Shown: positions 8,745-19,091, counted from the first letter of the stretch. The stretch: DNA of 64,000 nt from an uncultured Candidatus Saccharibacteria bacterium (GCA_964483665.1 CAZACP010000004.1:7399-71398); one strand, 5' to 3'. Made by a program: numbers and translations. Notes: a model not told the origin generated them from the sequence alone.

Positions 8745-9410
8745 ATGAAACTAGAAAAAATCGTTATTGAATTAAGGTACAAAGATATAAACCCAATTTT
8801 TAATTGGAGGTCTTCTTTGTTTAAAGCATTAACAGGGACCAGGCCAACACAGGATGTTAGTTTAAATGAAGGTTTCGAATTAAAAATAGAAGATAAAAAA
8901 GCTTTACTGATTTTAGAACAAAGGAGGTGGGCTGTTGCTGTCGAAAATACAAGCAATGTTGAAGATGTTAAAAAATTTTTATACGAGCTATTTACTAAGA
9001 TTCATTCCGTAATTAACTGGGGTACAGGTTGTAGAATCGGTGTAAGAACAGTCTGGGTAAAAGAGTATGTTGGAACTCTGGAAAATCTAGTAAATAAAAT
9101 AAAAGAAGAAGTTTACAAAAACATTCCTATAGTTGATTCAGCTAAGGATATTGCTTTAAACTTGAGCCTTTCAAATCGTGAACATAAGGTAAATTATATT
9201 TTGGGACCAATGGAAAAGAAAGAGCCTACACACCAATATTTTCAAAATAAATCATTCGAAGAATTACCAAACGTATTTTTACTGCTTGACTTAGACTATT
9301 TTTTTGTTAAAAACCAAATTTATACCAAAAAATACTTTAAAGAGTTCGTCGAGGAAGCTATGAATTTTGCCTTGATTAAATCAAATGAAAGTGAGGGTTT
9401 GATTTTATGA
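8745..9410 (+). CDS. hypothetical protein, TIGR04255-like
   Basis: N-terminal EKIVIELRY, central RIGVR, late LLDLDY pattern recalled for that family; not verified by search. Confidence 0.55.
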   Translation: MKLEKIVIELRYKDINPIFNWRSSLFKALTGTRPTQDVSLNEGFELKIEDKKALLILEQRRWAVAVENTSNVEDVKKFLYELFTKIHSVINWGTGCRIGVRTVWVKEYVGTLENLVNKIKEEVYKNIPIVDSAKDIALNLSLSNREHKVNYILGPMEKKEPTHQYFQNKSFEELPNVFLLLDLDYFFVKNQIYTKKYFKEFVEEAMNFALIKSNESEGLIL

Positions 9411-9730
9411 CAATGTATGGAACAACAACTTTTGAAGATTCTTTTATGGGTAGTACAGGAACCTCGCTCAAACTCCCAAAGAGAAAACAGTTCCAAGTTA
9501 AGAGTATAGATTTAGCTCTTAGATCAAGCAAAAGGGCATCCATAAGACCTTTGATAATTTTTAATTATTCAATGGTTGTTTTTTCAGTGTTCTTTGCAGT
9601 TGAATTTATTTTAGTTTTTTTTAGTAAAAGCATTATAAACGGATTTGTATCACTAAGCGCTTTAACAACAAGCTTGGGTTTATTTTGGGTTTTCAGAACT
9701 CTTCAAGCTGACTATGAAAAAAATGCGTAA
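9407..9730 (+). CDS. hypothetical 2-TM protein
   Basis: ATGA overlap with upstream gene; hydrophobic C-terminal half. Confidence 0.6.
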   Translation: MTMYGTTTFEDSFMGSTGTSLKLPKRKQFQVKSIDLALRSSKRASIRPLIIFNYSMVVFSVFFAVEFILVFFSKSIINGFVSLSALTTSLGLFWVFRTLQADYEKNA

Positions 9731-10028
9731 TTGGATTCCTAAAATTATTCGCGAATCAATTAAAGTGGAAAAAGAGACAAAGTACGGGCAGATGAATCAA
9801 AAGGCCGTATCGGCTGTAATTGTAGTTGTAATTATTTCATTAGTAGCTGGAATAACTTTCTCGTACACACCACTAAAAAACATAAATCCTCTAAATGGAT
9901 TTTCTTTTGCTTTAAATAGCGGAACACCATACGTGCTGGTAGCAATAATCCTAGTTTCAGCTTTTGTCTGTATGGGATTTCTTATGTACTGTAAAAATAA
10001 AGGTTGGATTAGCTCAAAAGATTTTTAG
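9714..10028 (+). CDS. hypothetical 2-TM protein
   Basis: overlaps previous stop; two hydrophobic segments. Confidence 0.6.
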   Translation: MKKMRNWIPKIIRESIKVEKETKYGQMNQKAVSAVIVVVIISLVAGITFSYTPLKNINPLNGFSFALNSGTPYVLVAIILVSAFVCMGFLMYCKNKGWISSKDF

Positions 10029-10060
10029 AATTAACAAGGATAAGAAAGTAAAGTGTTCTT

Positions 10061-10303
10061 ATGCAAAAATATTATATTGCTATTATAATAATTTTACTCC
10101 TTGGTTCTTTTTATTGGTTTGAATATAGACCAAATAAGATTAGAAAAGATTGTTTTGTCGTTGCCAAAGATTATAAAAATTCCATTACTAGGACTGAAAG
10201 TGATTTAATAATGGAAGGGTTTACAATAACTAAAAGAGCTGACTATGAGAAATTATTTGATGATAAATTTAAGGAATGTAAACTAGAACACGGGATTCAA
10301 TAA
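10061..10303 (+). CDS. small membrane-anchored protein with two Cys
   Basis: N-terminal TM, FYWFEYRP..IRKDC...C. Confidence 0.65.
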   Translation: MQKYYIAIIIILLLGSFYWFEYRPNKIRKDCFVVAKDYKNSITRTESDLIMEGFTITKRADYEKLFDDKFKECKLEHGIQ

Positions 10304-10541
10304 ATTATAAACCTTAAAAAGAACCATACTTTGACTAAAAATCATCAAAATAAAGGTGATTTTTTGTTTTATTTAAGAGGAATTTCATACATAGTAATTG
10401 ACAAATAAGGCTAAATATGATATAATATTATGGTTATATAGACATTTTGTGGCACTTCTACCGGAGAGGGTTAATAAATCTTTTGCGGTGGGAGCGATAC
10501 AAAGTCCCAAAAATCAAAAACCATTCTATAGGAGAGATCCA

Positions 10542-10838
10542 ATGATCTATACGCCCCGTAGTGAAAGCACGAATCAGACTTGCACGATCATCAGATTCCG
10601 TGGCTTTATAATTTCTATTGCCATGGACGACCGTTCTCGTGGGGGCACAACTCCACTTACCCGATCTTCTCTGGCAGTCATCGAAGGCAAGGAGATCGTC
10701 ACGCACAGATTTGCAGGTCGTCATAACACCAATGACGGCTACATCGAAGAAGTGGAAGGCGAAACGCTGTTTGAAATTATGGCAGCGATTGCCGCAGTGA
10801 CGCAGCCCGAATCGGAGTTGGTCGCCAAGACTTCGTAA
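10542..10838 (+). CDS. hypothetical protein (ORFan cassette)
   Basis: TTGACA-17-TATAAT at 10398-10426 and AGGAGAG before ATG 10542; ORF-track start falls inside the promoter. Confidence 0.65.
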   Translation: MIYTPRSESTNQTCTIIRFRGFIISIAMDDRSRGGTTPLTRSSLAVIEGKEIVTHRFAGRHNTNDGYIEEVEGETLFEIMAAIAAVTQPESELVAKTS

Positions 10839-11100
10839 AGAAATACAATCAGGCGTATCGCACATAAATCCAGTGACGAACTGGTGGGCAAGATGAACTT
10901 CTTGCCCCTTTACCTTAATTCATTAATAATTGTGGTTTGAGGTAAAGTTTTAAGCAAAACTGTTCCAACTTCGTCAAACAAGGCCAGCCAAAGAAAAGAC
11001 AGTAATCAATGATTGCAGTCTTTTCTTTGTTTATGACCGACTTGTACTTAAGCCTTGCTTTTAGAGCAATATTTTTTTGCCATATGTTATAATTAACACT

Positions 11101-12198
11101 ATGAAAAAACATCAAATAGCCATTTTTTTATTTATTGTCCAAGGAATTTTGTTTCTTGGGCACTATTTTGTTTATAAAATTTTTACTTTGGTTTTTGGCA
11201 TAACTTCCCCACAAAGCCTGTTTTGGACACGGCTAATATTTTTTATTATGTCCGTAAGCTTTCTTTTTGCAACGCTTTTTAATTACAAATTCTACGGCTT
11301 CTTTGGCCGCTTTATATATAGAACTGCGGCTATTTCACTTGGAACCTTTTATTGGCTATTTTTTGCCGCTTTATTAAGCGGAGCCCTTTATATATTAAAC
11401 CTAAGCTTAGCGCCTGTTTTAAGCCAAATTTTAATGTTTAGCGCGGTTTTAGTAAGCCTATACGGCATTATAAATAGCCACAATACCAAAATCACCCAAA
11501 TAAAGGTAACTTTGCCAAACTTGCCTAAAACCTGGTTAAATAAAAAAGCTGTATTGGTGGCAGACACGCACTTTGGCAGTTACTGGAATATAAATTTTGC
11601 CAAAAAAATAGTTAGGCTGATACAAAAACAAAATCCGGATATAGTATTTTTTTCCGGCGACTTTTTCGACGGTCCGCCGGCTTACTTTGACCGTTTAGCC
11701 AAACCCTTTGCGGAATTAAAAATAAAAAACGGCATCTGGTTTGCCCCGGGAAACCACGAGGAATTTTCCGACCCCAAACCTTTTTTTGACGCACTAAATA
11801 AAGCCGGAATAAAAGTTTTAAACAACGAACTTGTAGAAATAGAAGGCGTGCAAATAATTGGCGTGGGTTTTGGCGCGGCTCATAGAGCTGAGCAGGAAAT
11901 GGGCGTGCTGGAAAATTTAAAGATTGATAAAATAAAGCCAAGCATTCTAATTAAGCACGAACCCTCGCATATTAATGTAGCCGAAAAATTCAATATTTCC
12001 CTACAGCTTTCAGGCCATACGCACTCAGGCCAAGTCTGGCCGCTTAACTACATTACCAAAAAAGTTTACGGCAAATTCCACACGGGGCTTAACAATTTAG
12101 GCCAAACTCAAGTATATACAACCACCGGCGCAGGCTCCTGGGGCCCGCCCCAAAGAATTGGCAACCGCCCGGAAATTGTGATAATTAATTTTAAATAA
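11101..12198 (+). CDS. membrane-bound metallophosphoesterase (YkuE-like)
   Basis: DTH, GDFFD, GNHE, KHEP, SGHTHSGQ motifs; N-terminal TMs. Confidence 0.92.
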   Translation: MKKHQIAIFLFIVQGILFLGHYFVYKIFTLVFGITSPQSLFWTRLIFFIMSVSFLFATLFNYKFYGFFGRFIYRTAAISLGTFYWLFFAALLSGALYILNLSLAPVLSQILMFSAVLVSLYGIINSHNTKITQIKVTLPNLPKTWLNKKAVLVADTHFGSYWNINFAKKIVRLIQKQNPDIVFFSGDFFDGPPAYFDRLAKPFAELKIKNGIWFAPGNHEEFSDPKPFFDALNKAGIKVLNNELVEIEGVQIIGVGFGAAHRAEQEMGVLENLKIDKIKPSILIKHEPSHINVAEKFNISLQLSGHTHSGQVWPLNYITKKVYGKFHTGLNNLGQTQVYTTTGAGSWGPPQRIGNRPEIVIINFK

Positions 12199-12199
12199 C

Positions 12200-12628
12200 A
12201 TGGAAAGATTTAAAATTATCCCAACTGTGCATTTATTTTTAATAAAGGATGAAAAAATCCTCTTACTTAAACGAGCCAATACGGGTTACGAAGATGGTAG
12301 TTATAGCGTTCCGGCCGGGCATTTAGACGGAAATGAAACCGCTAGCTCCGGCATGCTGCGTGAAGCCAAAGAAGAAATTTGCGTTATTATTCAAGAAAAA
12401 AATATAAAATTAGTTCATTTAATGCACAGAAAAAACGAAAGAGAACAATTAGATTTATTCTTTTTATGTAAAAATTGGTTTGGGGAACCAAAAATTGGGG
12501 AACCTGATAAATGCAGCGAACTAAAATGGTTCGAGTTAAATAAATTACCTTCAAATACTATTCCTTACATACAAAAAGCTATTTACAATTATCAAAAGAG
12601 TGTTATTTATTCCGAATTCGGCTGGTAG
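12200..12628 (+). CDS. NUDIX hydrolase
   Basis: Nudix box GHLDGNETASSGMLREAKEE. Confidence 0.92.
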   Translation: MERFKIIPTVHLFLIKDEKILLLKRANTGYEDGSYSVPAGHLDGNETASSGMLREAKEEICVIIQEKNIKLVHLMHRKNEREQLDLFFLCKNWFGEPKIGEPDKCSELKWFELNKLPSNTIPYIQKAIYNYQKSVIYSEFGW

Positions 12629-12675
12629 CTTTCGCCTGGCCATTTGCATTAGCGTACTAGTACGCTTATAAAGTT

Positions 12676-13548
12676 ATGACTGAAACAAAAAAAGGCGAGA
12701 TTTATATTTTTTTAGAAACCCTGCTTTGGGCGCTTTTCCCAGTTATTACTCTGCTAAGCTTTTCGAGCTTAAAACCTTTAGCTTCATTAGCTTTAAGCAC
12801 GCTAAGCGCCTCTGTATTCTTTGGGTTTGTTATAACCAAAAAGAAACTCTGGAAAGAAGTTTTCAGCAAAACCGCCAGAAAAGAAATACTGCTCGGCACT
12901 TTGTTTGTCGGGGTAATTTTTTATTTGTTGCAATTTTTCGGCATAAGCCATACCACAGCCGGCAACGCGGCATTAATTTCGCAAATGGAAATATTTTTCA
13001 GTTTTTTAGTTTTTAATGTATATAAAAAAGAATATTTCGATACAAGCCACATTTTTGGAGCTCTGTTAATGCTTTTAGGAGCCTTAATTATACTATTGCC
13101 TAAAAGTTCGCAAATAAACCCGGGCGATATTTTTATTTTGCTTTCAACTGTTGCGGCCCCATTAGGCAATGTCTTTCAACAAAAAGCCATGAAAAAGGTC
13201 AGTAGCTTTAACATTATGTTTTGGCGAAACACCCTAAGCTTTCCTATATTTTTTTTGTTGATGTTTATTTATGGCCAAAACTTTTCTGGTGCGGATTTGC
13301 AAAAAAGTTTGTGGCTTGTAATATTTAGCGGCGTATTTTTGTTCGGTATTTCCAAAATTCTTTGGCTGGAAGCTATACATAGAATACCGGTTGTAAAAGC
13401 CAACGCGCTTAACTGCATAGGGCCTTTATTCACCATAATTTTCGCTTATTTTTTACTCAAACAATCCCCTACCATTTGGCAGCTTTTAGCGGTTTTGCCT
13501 TTAAGTCTAGGGATACTAATTCTCACCAAGCCTTCAAAAAAACATTAA
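12676..13548 (+). CDS. DMT/EamA family transporter
   Basis: ~10 TM in two repeats, TTAGNAALI. Confidence 0.88.
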   Translation: MTETKKGEIYIFLETLLWALFPVITLLSFSSLKPLASLALSTLSASVFFGFVITKKKLWKEVFSKTARKEILLGTLFVGVIFYLLQFFGISHTTAGNAALISQMEIFFSFLVFNVYKKEYFDTSHIFGALLMLLGALIILLPKSSQINPGDIFILLSTVAAPLGNVFQQKAMKKVSSFNIMFWRNTLSFPIFFLLMFIYGQNFSGADLQKSLWLVIFSGVFLFGISKILWLEAIHRIPVVKANALNCIGPLFTIIFAYFLLKQSPTIWQLLAVLPLSLGILILTKPSKKH

Positions 13549-13592
13549 AAAAACAAAAGCTACTAGCTTTTGCCTTAAAATTTTCGCCTGGC

Positions 13593-13630
13593 CCTTTTGC
13601 ACTACTGTACTAGTACAGTAGTGCAAAAGG
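13593..13630. repeat. perfect 38-bp palindrome; partial copies at 6936-6956 and 12644-12666
   Basis: ccttttgcactactgtactagtacagtagtgcaaaagg. Confidence 0.8.
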
Positions 13631-13631
13631 T

Positions 13632-14675
13632 TTATCGTATAAAACTCGCTTCAAATGCCCATTTGGTGCACTGGTCTAACTGGCTTTGTGTTAGAATTCC
13701 ATTTTTCCTTAAAAATTCTTCTTCGTGCACAATATTACTTTTGTACATTTCCGGCCCGTCGGTATTTATGGTAAATTTTACACCGTGCTTTATAAGCGTA
13801 TGAATAATATTTTTTAAATCTGAAACATTTTTAACCACGCTATTGCGTAAATTCGACGTCGGACAAATTTCCAAAGTAATATTATTTTTTACCATAGCTT
13901 CCATAATTTTTTTGTCTTTTACGCACAAAATTCCGTGTCCTATTCTGTTTGGCTTAATTTCATTAACTACATATTTTAACTCTTCTAAACTCCCCGCTTC
14001 TCCGGTATGAATGGTTATGCCCAAGCCGGCTTCCCTTGCTCTTTTAAAAAGCGGCGCATGCTTTTTCATTGAAAAAGTTTTTCTTTCAGGGTCGGCAATA
14101 TCAAGGCCAATAACGCCCTCATTTTTATACTTAATGGCTTTGTTGGCAATTATTTCATTTTGCGTAAAACTTAAAGACCTGCCCATCATTAAAATAATTC
14201 CGGCTCTAACTTGAGGGTATTCAAGCATGGCACGCTCAGTGCCCCAAAGCGCGGAATATATAGTGTGGTCCAAATCCCGCTCGCCGCTTCTGTTGCGCTT
14301 CATGGGGTTAAACCTCAATTCATGCAGCACAATATTGCTTTTCCTAAATCCTCCGGCAATAGTTCCCTTTACCGACTCTTCTATCGCTTCGGGCGAAGAC
14401 TGTATTAGTTCGGTCCAATGGAAAAAATTCTTGTCCATTTGGTCAAGGTTTTTGTTTTTTTCCTCACCCGTCATAGTTATCATGTCTTCAAACTCCCAGT
14501 AACTTTTGGTGGGAAGCTTTATGCCTTGCCTGTGCGAAATCGCCCATAAAATGGAAGGGTGTACAGCCGAGCCCAAATGCGAATGAAGCTCTACGTGTTG
14601 TTTAAAAATTTTTTGAGGCACTTTAAATACGTTTAATATAAAACTAATAATAACAAATTTCAGGGATTCTGACAA
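13632..14675 (-). CDS. adenosine deaminase family protein (true start probably downstream of 14675)
   Basis: ELHSHL, HTGEAG, RIGHG, LEICPTSN, INTDGP. Confidence 0.9.
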   Translation of the reverse strand: MSESLKFVIISFILNVFKVPQKIFKQHVELHSHLGSAVHPSILWAISHRQGIKLPTKSYWEFEDMITMTGEEKNKNLDQMDKNFFHWTELIQSSPEAIEESVKGTIAGGFRKSNIVLHELRFNPMKRNRSGERDLDHTIYSALWGTERAMLEYPQVRAGIILMMGRSLSFTQNEIIANKAIKYKNEGVIGLDIADPERKTFSMKKHAPLFKRAREAGLGITIHTGEAGSLEELKYVVNEIKPNRIGHGILCVKDKKIMEAMVKNNITLEICPTSNLRNSVVKNVSDLKNIIHTLIKHGVKFTINTDGPEMYKSNIVHEEEFLRKNGILTQSQLDQCTKWAFEASFIR

Positions 14676-14789
14676 CGTCCTGGTATTTTTAAAAAATACG
14701 AAATACGAAACAAACTAAAAATTCTAATTTATGAATTTTAAAAACTAAAATTTTTCGAATTTCGGATTTAGTGCTTCGAATTTTTAGCT

Positions 14790-16523
14790 TTATCTTGTTT
14801 CTCTTGTCGGAGGGATTTGGAAATAATTAACCAAATACTGCGCCAGCTGGCCAAAAGCCGGTGCCGCGGTGCTTTCCGCAAACTTTACTGTTTTTGGCTT
14901 GTCTATACGAACAAGCATTAAAAATTTTGGGTCTTCCACGGGACCAAAGCCAATAAAGGTGCCTATGTTTACATTTTCTTCATATCCAAGGCCGTTAATT
15001 TTAGGAACCTGGGCTGTGCCGGTCTTCCCCGCAATATAGTAGCCAGGAACACCAGCTCTTTTTCCGTGTCCGTTTTCCACGACATTTACCATCATGGCGG
15101 TTACGGTATTGGCGGTTTGAGCAGAAATTATTTGCCTTACTTCCTTAACTTTGGTGTCAGTTCTTTGGCCTTCCGGAGAAATTCTACTGGCAACAATATA
15201 TGGCTTAAGCATCTTGCCTGAATTTGGAAATGCGGTAAAGGCTTGTATGAGCTGTATGGGCGTTACTGTTAAACCCTGGCCAAAACTGGCTGTTGCGAAG
15301 TTTACATTAATATTTGCCTTTAGGTTGTCTAAATTACCTTTTCTCTCCATTAACTCAATCCCGGTTTTTTCACCAAAACCAAATTTTTTTACGTATTCTA
15401 AAAATTTTTGATTCCCGATTTGGTCTTTAACAAAAATCAAGCCCGTATTTAAAGATTCTTCCAGTACTTGTGTCATTGTCTGCAGGCCCCTTGGTTTTGG
15501 GTCAGAATTTTTTATAGTTTTGTCATCTATTTTTACAAACCCCTCGTCCACAAAAGTCGTATCCGGAGTTATTTTGCCTTCGTTTAAAGCCGCGGCCATG
15601 GTTAAAGGTTTAAATACGCTTCCTGGTTCATAAGAACCTATGGTGGCTTCGTTGTTAAAAGCGGCCGGGTCAGTTACTTCGCTGTATTTATTTGGGTCAA
15701 AATCTGGGAAACCGGCCATAGCCAAAATTTTTCCGGTTTTTGGGTCAGCGATTATTACCGTCCCGCTAGTCGCCTCATTTTTTTCCACCGTTTCTTTTAA
15801 AACTTTTTGAGCCTCGTACTGGATATTTTTGTCTATGGTTAAAATTAGAGAGTCACCGTCTTTTGCGGCATCCAGCTGCCTATTGCCGCCAAAAATCCAG
15901 GCTCCGCTTATATCGCCCTCCTGTTTTAAAACTCCTTCTTTTCCGGCTAATTCACTTTCAAAAAAACTTTCAAGCCCGTAAACCCCTTGCTTTGTATCGC
16001 CCTTATAGCCAACAAATCCCAGCACCTGGGAAAGTAAGGATCCTTGCGGATAGTACCTAAAACCTTCGTGGTCAAAATATATACCGCTTAACTTTATTTC
16101 CTTAATTTTATTTACTTCTTCATCGCTGAGCTGTTTTTTTAAAACCACATATTTTTTTTGCTTGTTTGCCAGCTTGTTTAAAAGCTCGTTATGTTCTAAA
16201 GACAAGACCGAAGAAAGACTGGCTGCTGCTAAAACCGGATTTTGAATCTCGCCCGGTACGGCATAAACCAGCGGTTTTTGAATATTGGTAGCCACAGGCA
16301 AAAGCTGGTCGGTCGAGTTTTCAATTAAATTTATTTCCCCCCTTGTGGGCAAAAGTTTTAAAACCATATTCCTTTGCGCTTCCGCCCTGGCTTTACTCTC
16401 CTTGCCGCGAACTATTTGCAAATATCCAAGCCGTAAAACAATTATAAAAAAACATACTATAAAAAAAGCAGCCAATAAACTGCTTCTTAGGTCTAATGGA
16501 TTTTTAACCTTTCTCTGCACCAT
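14790..16523 (-). CDS. ftsI: class B penicillin-binding protein (FtsI-like)
   Basis: YEPGSVFK, SLN, KTGTAQ motifs; follows mraZ-rsmH-ftsL. Confidence 0.92.
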   Translation of the reverse strand: MVQRKVKNPLDLRSSLLAAFFIVCFFIIVLRLGYLQIVRGKESKARAEAQRNMVLKLLPTRGEINLIENSTDQLLPVATNIQKPLVYAVPGEIQNPVLAAASLSSVLSLEHNELLNKLANKQKKYVVLKKQLSDEEVNKIKEIKLSGIYFDHEGFRYYPQGSLLSQVLGFVGYKGDTKQGVYGLESFFESELAGKEGVLKQEGDISGAWIFGGNRQLDAAKDGDSLILTIDKNIQYEAQKVLKETVEKNEATSGTVIIADPKTGKILAMAGFPDFDPNKYSEVTDPAAFNNEATIGSYEPGSVFKPLTMAAALNEGKITPDTTFVDEGFVKIDDKTIKNSDPKPRGLQTMTQVLEESLNTGLIFVKDQIGNQKFLEYVKKFGFGEKTGIELMERKGNLDNLKANINVNFATASFGQGLTVTPIQLIQAFTAFPNSGKMLKPYIVASRISPEGQRTDTKVKEVRQIISAQTANTVTAMMVNVVENGHGKRAGVPGYYIAGKTGTAQVPKINGLGYEENVNIGTFIGFGPVEDPKFLMLVRIDKPKTVKFAESTAAPAFGQLAQYLVNYFQIPPTRETR

Positions 16524-16632
16524 AGTTTAGTAAAATTGACGTTGCTAGATTCTGTAGTTTTCCCCGCCTACAACGCATATGTCGTAGCATTTCGGGCAGG
16601 TGTAGTGTATTTCTATTTGTTATTCTGTAGCT

Positions 16633-16998
16633 TTACTTTAATGCCGTAGCCGGCGCTTGTAAAGTTACAAAAGTCGGCGCCCCTGCCTGGACAAAACCGC
16701 TTTTGGAAAAATCGTCCGTTAAAACTGAAATAGCTGTTGCTTCAGACATTTTTAAATTTAAAGCTTTTTGGGTTTCATTCAATTTTTGGGCTTGTTTCTG
16801 CAACTCCTTTATTTCATAGCCGGTAGAGGCTCTGGCGTTTACTCCGAGCAAATAGCTTAAAAGCAAGGCCGCGTTAACCGCAATTATGGCATAAAGCAGC
16901 CATGGCCTTTGTTGCTCTACTCCAAAATTTCGCCTGGCAGCGGAAATTTGCGGGCGAGCGCTGAAAAATAAATTTTGTAATATGTCGGTTTTTATCAT
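16633..16998 (-). CDS. ftsL: FtsL-like cell division protein
   Basis: TM + GYEIKELQ coiled coil between rsmH and ftsI; ATG 16998 preferred since the longer start lies in a repeat. Confidence 0.6.
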   Translation of the reverse strand: MIKTDILQNLFFSARPQISAARRNFGVEQQRPWLLYAIIAVNAALLLSYLLGVNARASTGYEIKELQKQAQKLNETQKALNLKMSEATAISVLTDDFSKSGFVQAGAPTFVTLQAPATALK

Positions 16999-17175
16999 AT
17001 GTTTTTTTGCTTGCCCCGTTAAATAATTCGCTTGTCGAATTGCCGTCAGAGGCGGCATTTAACAGGGTGAATTTTTTGTTTTAATTTTTGCTTGTCCGTC
17101 TAAATGTCCCGCCCAGGCGGGACTTTTGACGAGCTTTTGTTTTTTAGTTAATTGTTAATCGTCAATTGTTAATTG

Positions 17176-18153
17176 TTACAGCTTCACTATTGCCCTTAAT
17201 TTAGCGGGCTTTGAGCGAGGATTATTTTTTAATTCGTTTTCAGAAGCAGTTACTATTTTTTTGGTTAATATTTTTCCTTGAGGATTTTTGCCACACACAC
17301 ATTGAGGGAAATCTATTGGGCATACGCAGCCTTTACTTAAGCTATTAAAGTATTGTTTTACTATTCTGTCTTCAAGCGAATGGAAGCTTACTATTACTAG
17401 CCTGCCGCCCGGGTTTAAAAGGTCAAAACTTTTTGGCAAAAACTCTTCTAAGGCTTCCAGCTCATGGTTAACCGCTATTCTTAAGGCTTGAAATATTCTT
17501 CTGGCTGAATCATCGGCGCGATGTTTTACAGGCTTAGGAAGTGAATCATGGATTATTTGATAGAGTTCTGTTGTATAGCGGATTTGGCTCTTAGATCTTG
17601 ATTCTTGGATCTTCCTTGCTATCTGGCGGCTAAACTTTTCCTCACCGTAATCGCTAAATATTTTACTAAGCTCCTGTTCGCTTCTGTTATTTAGTAAAAA
17701 ACTTGCGTCTTCGGGTTTAGTTTGATCAAACCGCATGTCTAGCGGCTCTTTTTTCTGAAAGCTAAATCCCCGCCCAGACTGGTCAAGTTCATATGACGAA
17801 AGTCCCAAATCTGCAACAATGCCTGAAATATTATTAAACTCATGTTCTTTTGTTATTTTGTTTATGTTTTGAAAATTGCCGTGCACCGCTATCACTCCCT
17901 CTCCCTCTGGGAGAGGGCCGGGGTGAGGGTGTTTGATATTTGTCCGCCAGTTTGCGGATTGAAATTTGAAATTCTCAATCGCATCCTTGTCCAAATCTAT
18001 AACCAACAACTTGCCGCCCGGAGATATTTTTTGCAAGATCGTCTTACTATACCCTCCTCCGCCTAGCGTCGCGTCGACAAAATTCTCACCGGGCTTAGGG
18101 TTAAGAAAGTAAATAACTTCCTCAAGTAATACTGGAATATGTTCATAATTCAT
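17176..18153 (-). CDS. rsmH: 16S rRNA m4C1402 methyltransferase RsmH with repeat-derived insertion
   Basis: HIPVLLEE, DATLGGGG, DLGLSS, FQALRIAVN, SFHSLEDRIVK. Confidence 0.97.
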   Translation of the reverse strand: MNYEHIPVLLEEVIYFLNPKPGENFVDATLGGGGYSKTILQKISPGGKLLVIDLDKDAIENFKFQSANWRTNIKHPHPGPLPEGEGVIAVHGNFQNINKITKEHEFNNISGIVADLGLSSYELDQSGRGFSFQKKEPLDMRFDQTKPEDASFLLNNRSEQELSKIFSDYGEEKFSRQIARKIQESRSKSQIRYTTELYQIIHDSLPKPVKHRADDSARRIFQALRIAVNHELEALEEFLPKSFDLLNPGGRLVIVSFHSLEDRIVKQYFNSLSKGCVCPIDFPQCVCGKNPQGKILTKKIVTASENELKNNPRSKPAKLRAIVKL

Positions 18154-18585
18154 TTAAACTCCTAGGCTCCCTAATTGTTCTGCTATTTGATTACTCGCGG
18201 CTTCGGTTTGCTGTTTGTACGCTTTCCACAGTTCTTCGCTCCAAATTTCTATGCGGTTATACAGTCCGGCAATTACTGCTTTTTTCCCAATTTTTGCAAA
18301 TTCCTTTAAATAGGTCGGTAAAATTATTCTGCCTTGCTTGTCTATTTCACAGTCCATAGCCCCGGCTAACATTAAACGGCTAAAGGCTCTGGTATTTGCC
18401 GTGGCAATTGGCAAGCTGGAAAGTTTTTCCGCCAATTTCTTCCATTCTTCCATTGAGTAAAGAAACAACGAATTGTCTAAACCCCTGGTAACAACGACTT
18501 TTCTTTTAAGTTCTGCTCTAAATTTGGCCGGAACTGAAATTCTGCCCTTTTCATCTATACTTGCTTGATATTCACCTATGAACAT
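18154..18585 (-). CDS. mraZ: transcriptional regulator MraZ
   Basis: MFIGEY..IDEKGRISVPAKFR...DKQGRI. Confidence 0.97.
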   Translation of the reverse strand: MFIGEYQASIDEKGRISVPAKFRAELKRKVVVTRGLDNSLFLYSMEEWKKLAEKLSSLPIATANTRAFSRLMLAGAMDCEIDKQGRIILPTYLKEFAKIGKKAVIAGLYNRIEIWSEELWKAYKQQTEAASNQIAEQLGSLGV

Positions 18586-18769
18586 ATGAGCCGCTGTTTT
18601 CTCGCTGATCGGAACGCTGAGAGATCGCCGATGCTGTTTTTTCAGTGTCAGTTCAGCGTTTCTTTCTTCTGCGACAAATCCGCGTTTTAAGGAGAGACCA
18701 GCCCCGGTTTTCTTAAAAAGCCAGAGCTGGAAGCCGTAAATGACTTACAATTTAAGATGTTTTAGTTTT

Positions 18770-18806
18770 TCCACTTTACTTCCCACTTTTTCCCACCAAA
18801 ACCCAC
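18770..18806 (-). promoter_or_regulatory. MraZ-binding GTGG(G) direct repeats
   Basis: minus strand gtgggttttggtgggaaaaagtgggaagtaaagtgga, ~10-bp period, upstream of mraZ. Confidence 0.8.
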
Positions 18807-19091
18807 TTTTTAACATCTAAAGCAATTATACCCCACCTTTTAACACCAGTCAAAACTATTTGAGCATAAAAAAACAGCCGTTTCATTGGCTATTTCTAAT
18901 ATCTACCTTCCAATATTTAATATCTTCTTAATCTATCCACAGAACAAATAAAAAAACCTAAGAGAATCTCTGGGGTTAAATAACAAACATTTGATTACAA
19001 CATATTTGTTTGTTTTTAGGAAATTTTAAAAATTTTCAAATAAAAACGGCGTGCTATTCCTCCATATAGCACGCGCGTTTCGCTGGTTAGT

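Larger units (their letters stand above)
7932..10990 (+). mobile_element. putative tRNA-Gln-anchored genomic islet without integrase
   Basis: Run of AT-rich co-oriented accessory ORFs, ending at a degenerate echo of the tRNA 3' end (gttccaac...ccagcca, 10962-10990). Confidence 0.45.

Noticed and set aside
16999-17058. N-terminal extension of the FtsL-like ORF
   Set aside because: The upstream ATG lies inside the 56-bp repeat; ATG 16998 is more plausible.
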